Origin: Botryllus schlosseri
Lineage: Eukaryota
Assembly (NCBI GenBank): GCA_051294905.1
Contig: CM119371.1
Location: 5,334,001 to 5,398,000, forward strand
Length of the DNA: 64,000 nucleotides
Reading direction: 5' to 3'
Numbering within the stretch: position 1 is the first letter of the stretch; each line of letters begins with the position of its first letter. The notes beneath the pieces are model-generated. The model searched no databases. It saw nothing but the letters and a program-made list of their open reading frames with translations, and was not told where the DNA came from. Shown piece after piece: positions 61,931 to 64,000 of this stretch. The translations under genes were made by a program, and so were the position numbers.

Positions 61931-64000
61931 TGTAACAGATCCCTGTTGTCGATCAACCTTGAAATGTGTATATCTCGTAACCGAGAGACATCCTGTTGGA
62001 GTATATGGTAACTGACAACCTCCAAACCTACTAACCGCAAGCAGATCTGATGCGATCTGGCTTTCATTCGATCAGAGAAAAACCGCGGCCAAGCTGTGGC
62101 AGAGTGTTGCAAATTATACAGCTGTGATACAGATATGATGCACCTGCTTGCGGGACTATATGATAATATCCAATATTGTGTATTTCACGCCATATTAGGA
62201 GACGAATAAGACTTCCGATTGCAGTGATCACGAGTCTATATAAGCGCATGTTTAGTTGACTCGAGAGACTCATTTTACGCTACCTACGACAAACATCAAC
62301 GACGAATAAATCTTGTATTGAGCAATCTCTTGGTTCAAGAACTTACTACAGAGTTGACGTCAAGTTAAGTATAGCGCAGCAATTACCTACAATACACAGG
62401 TTACGCTACTTTGCTACTTCAGGACGAAACAACTATATGGTACCACGTGCTCGGTGAACAAGGGATTACGTCTATACAGTACAACGAACTATATATCGTA
62501 CGACTACAACGATATCGTGCAACAACGGACTATACCCGTACCGGACCATCAACCATCCGGTAACCCTTTCATTGCAATAGCTACGGCAGATTTCACGATC
62601 AAATTCGCTTGTTGTGTGCTTATTTTACGCCTCATTATATTCGTGATTATTGTGTACCTTTCATAGCAATTAGAAGTGTGCATGCAATAGTGCTTTCATG
62701 GCTAGTGGCGGCAAACATAATAAACCACCTACCTCCGTCCCTAAAGTTGGCGCAGGCCCTAAGGACGCTAAACCTAAGGTCGAAGTAGTAGGGGGGCGAC
62801 CTGACAGACAGATTAGCGAGACTAAACACCAAACTCATCAATGGGAGGCATATGTCAGCACTTTGAACAACTACAATACTGCTCAAAATTTTTAGAAGCG
62901 GTGACGCCGGCTGGCATCGCTCTTCGAATCAACGATATCGACTTACTTCACCCGAACTGGCTCACACTTTATTCTGCATTTCTTTGTTATTTCATTGTCA
63001 TATGGGTGTTTTTGATCCATTCAGACATCAGACGACGCCCGAAACAGGCTTTATCGGGACTGTCATGTGTACTTTATTTTCCGTACAATTTTCACCCTTG
63101 CCAATACGTATATGTTATGGAACCATCGCAGATGCAAGGGTTACGCAAGCATTATCTAGGACCTTTCCGGGTTTTACACAGATGGAAACATCATCTTCAA
63201 ATCGCAATCTCAGGTCGAACACGTAACGTAGCATTATACGATGTCAAAGTCATGTATTGCGACGGCGATCGCATCTCAGATTTTTCGCGACCGAACGCAA
63301 ACACGCTGTTTACATCCGATTCTCACGATGCTGAAAACCACGTGGCCACAACACATGTAGGCCGAACGGACATCGCTGCTAACGTTGCACATACAATTCT
63401 GCTTCAGAAAGCAGTCGAGCCAACAGCGAACGCATCCGGTTCAGATATTATTGCAGATTCAAGCGAGCAGATTCTGAGCGAACGAGATTTTGAAATTGTT
63501 CAACACTGTAACGATTCGAATTTACCTTGCAGACCTGCTATTATTGATAAAATTATTACAACGCGAACAGGACGTGCAATTTCCAAGCCGCACGCACTCA
63601 AGGATTTTGTTTTATCGGCAATCGATTGTCCTGTCACTTTTGACGGCGTGGCTGTTAGCAAGCCCAGCTAAAGGAAACGATACTCCGATTTCTATTACGG
63701 CTAACGTATGTCGACGTGAAGCCGCTTCTGATTTGATCGATATTCAACCACCAAACGAATGCAAACACAACCCAATTATGCATTCAAAATCGTGCCTGGC
63801 AAATATCTACGCCTTGACAAACAGATTTCACAATCTGGATGGAAAGATGTGTTTTGTTGCTGAGCAATATTGGGAGACACATTATTCTTCTTTTTTGGTT
63901 CTTATTCGCAAAATATAGGCGAAGAACGACGTTACAGTATATCCCGTTAGTGGAATGTCAACACGCAATTGTCACACATCTGTCCGCATACGGACAGCTG
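61931..64000 (+). mobile_element. Gypsy LTR element, internally deleted, running off the window
   Basis: Candidate LTR TGTAAC...AATAAA...ACTACA (61931-62350). ORF 62841-63671 has the integrase tail YVYV...L..HYLGPFRVL and TRTGRAISKP..LKDFV. Confidence 0.75.

Overview
AT-rich animal genomic DNA with spliceosomal introns. A marine invertebrate such as a tunicate is my guess, not something the sequence shows. The window holds three single-coding-exon tandem C2H2 zinc-finger genes with no effector domain and non-canonical HTGVKN/HAGVKN linkers: 427-1527 (-), 28174-~28995 (+, frameshifted and with its stop codon split by a hAT insertion) and 50240-51343 (-), the last two being inverted paralogues. 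Between those paralogues lies an unannotated, scrambled tandem array of decayed Polo-like kinase (PLK1/polo) exons with splice sites still visible, from at least three gene copies and including one chimeric exon. The rest is densely nested transposons: many hAT MITEs with 8-bp TSDs, long-TIR hATm-like elements, pogo/Tc1 and Mutator MITEs, Penelope, Harbinger and Gypsy remnants, a non-autonomous LTR element with near-identical LTRs, and a tRNA-derived SINE. There are also weak tyrosine-kinase exon remnants. I found no rRNA, true tRNA gene or CRISPR array. All family assignments are from motif recognition by eye, not database searches.
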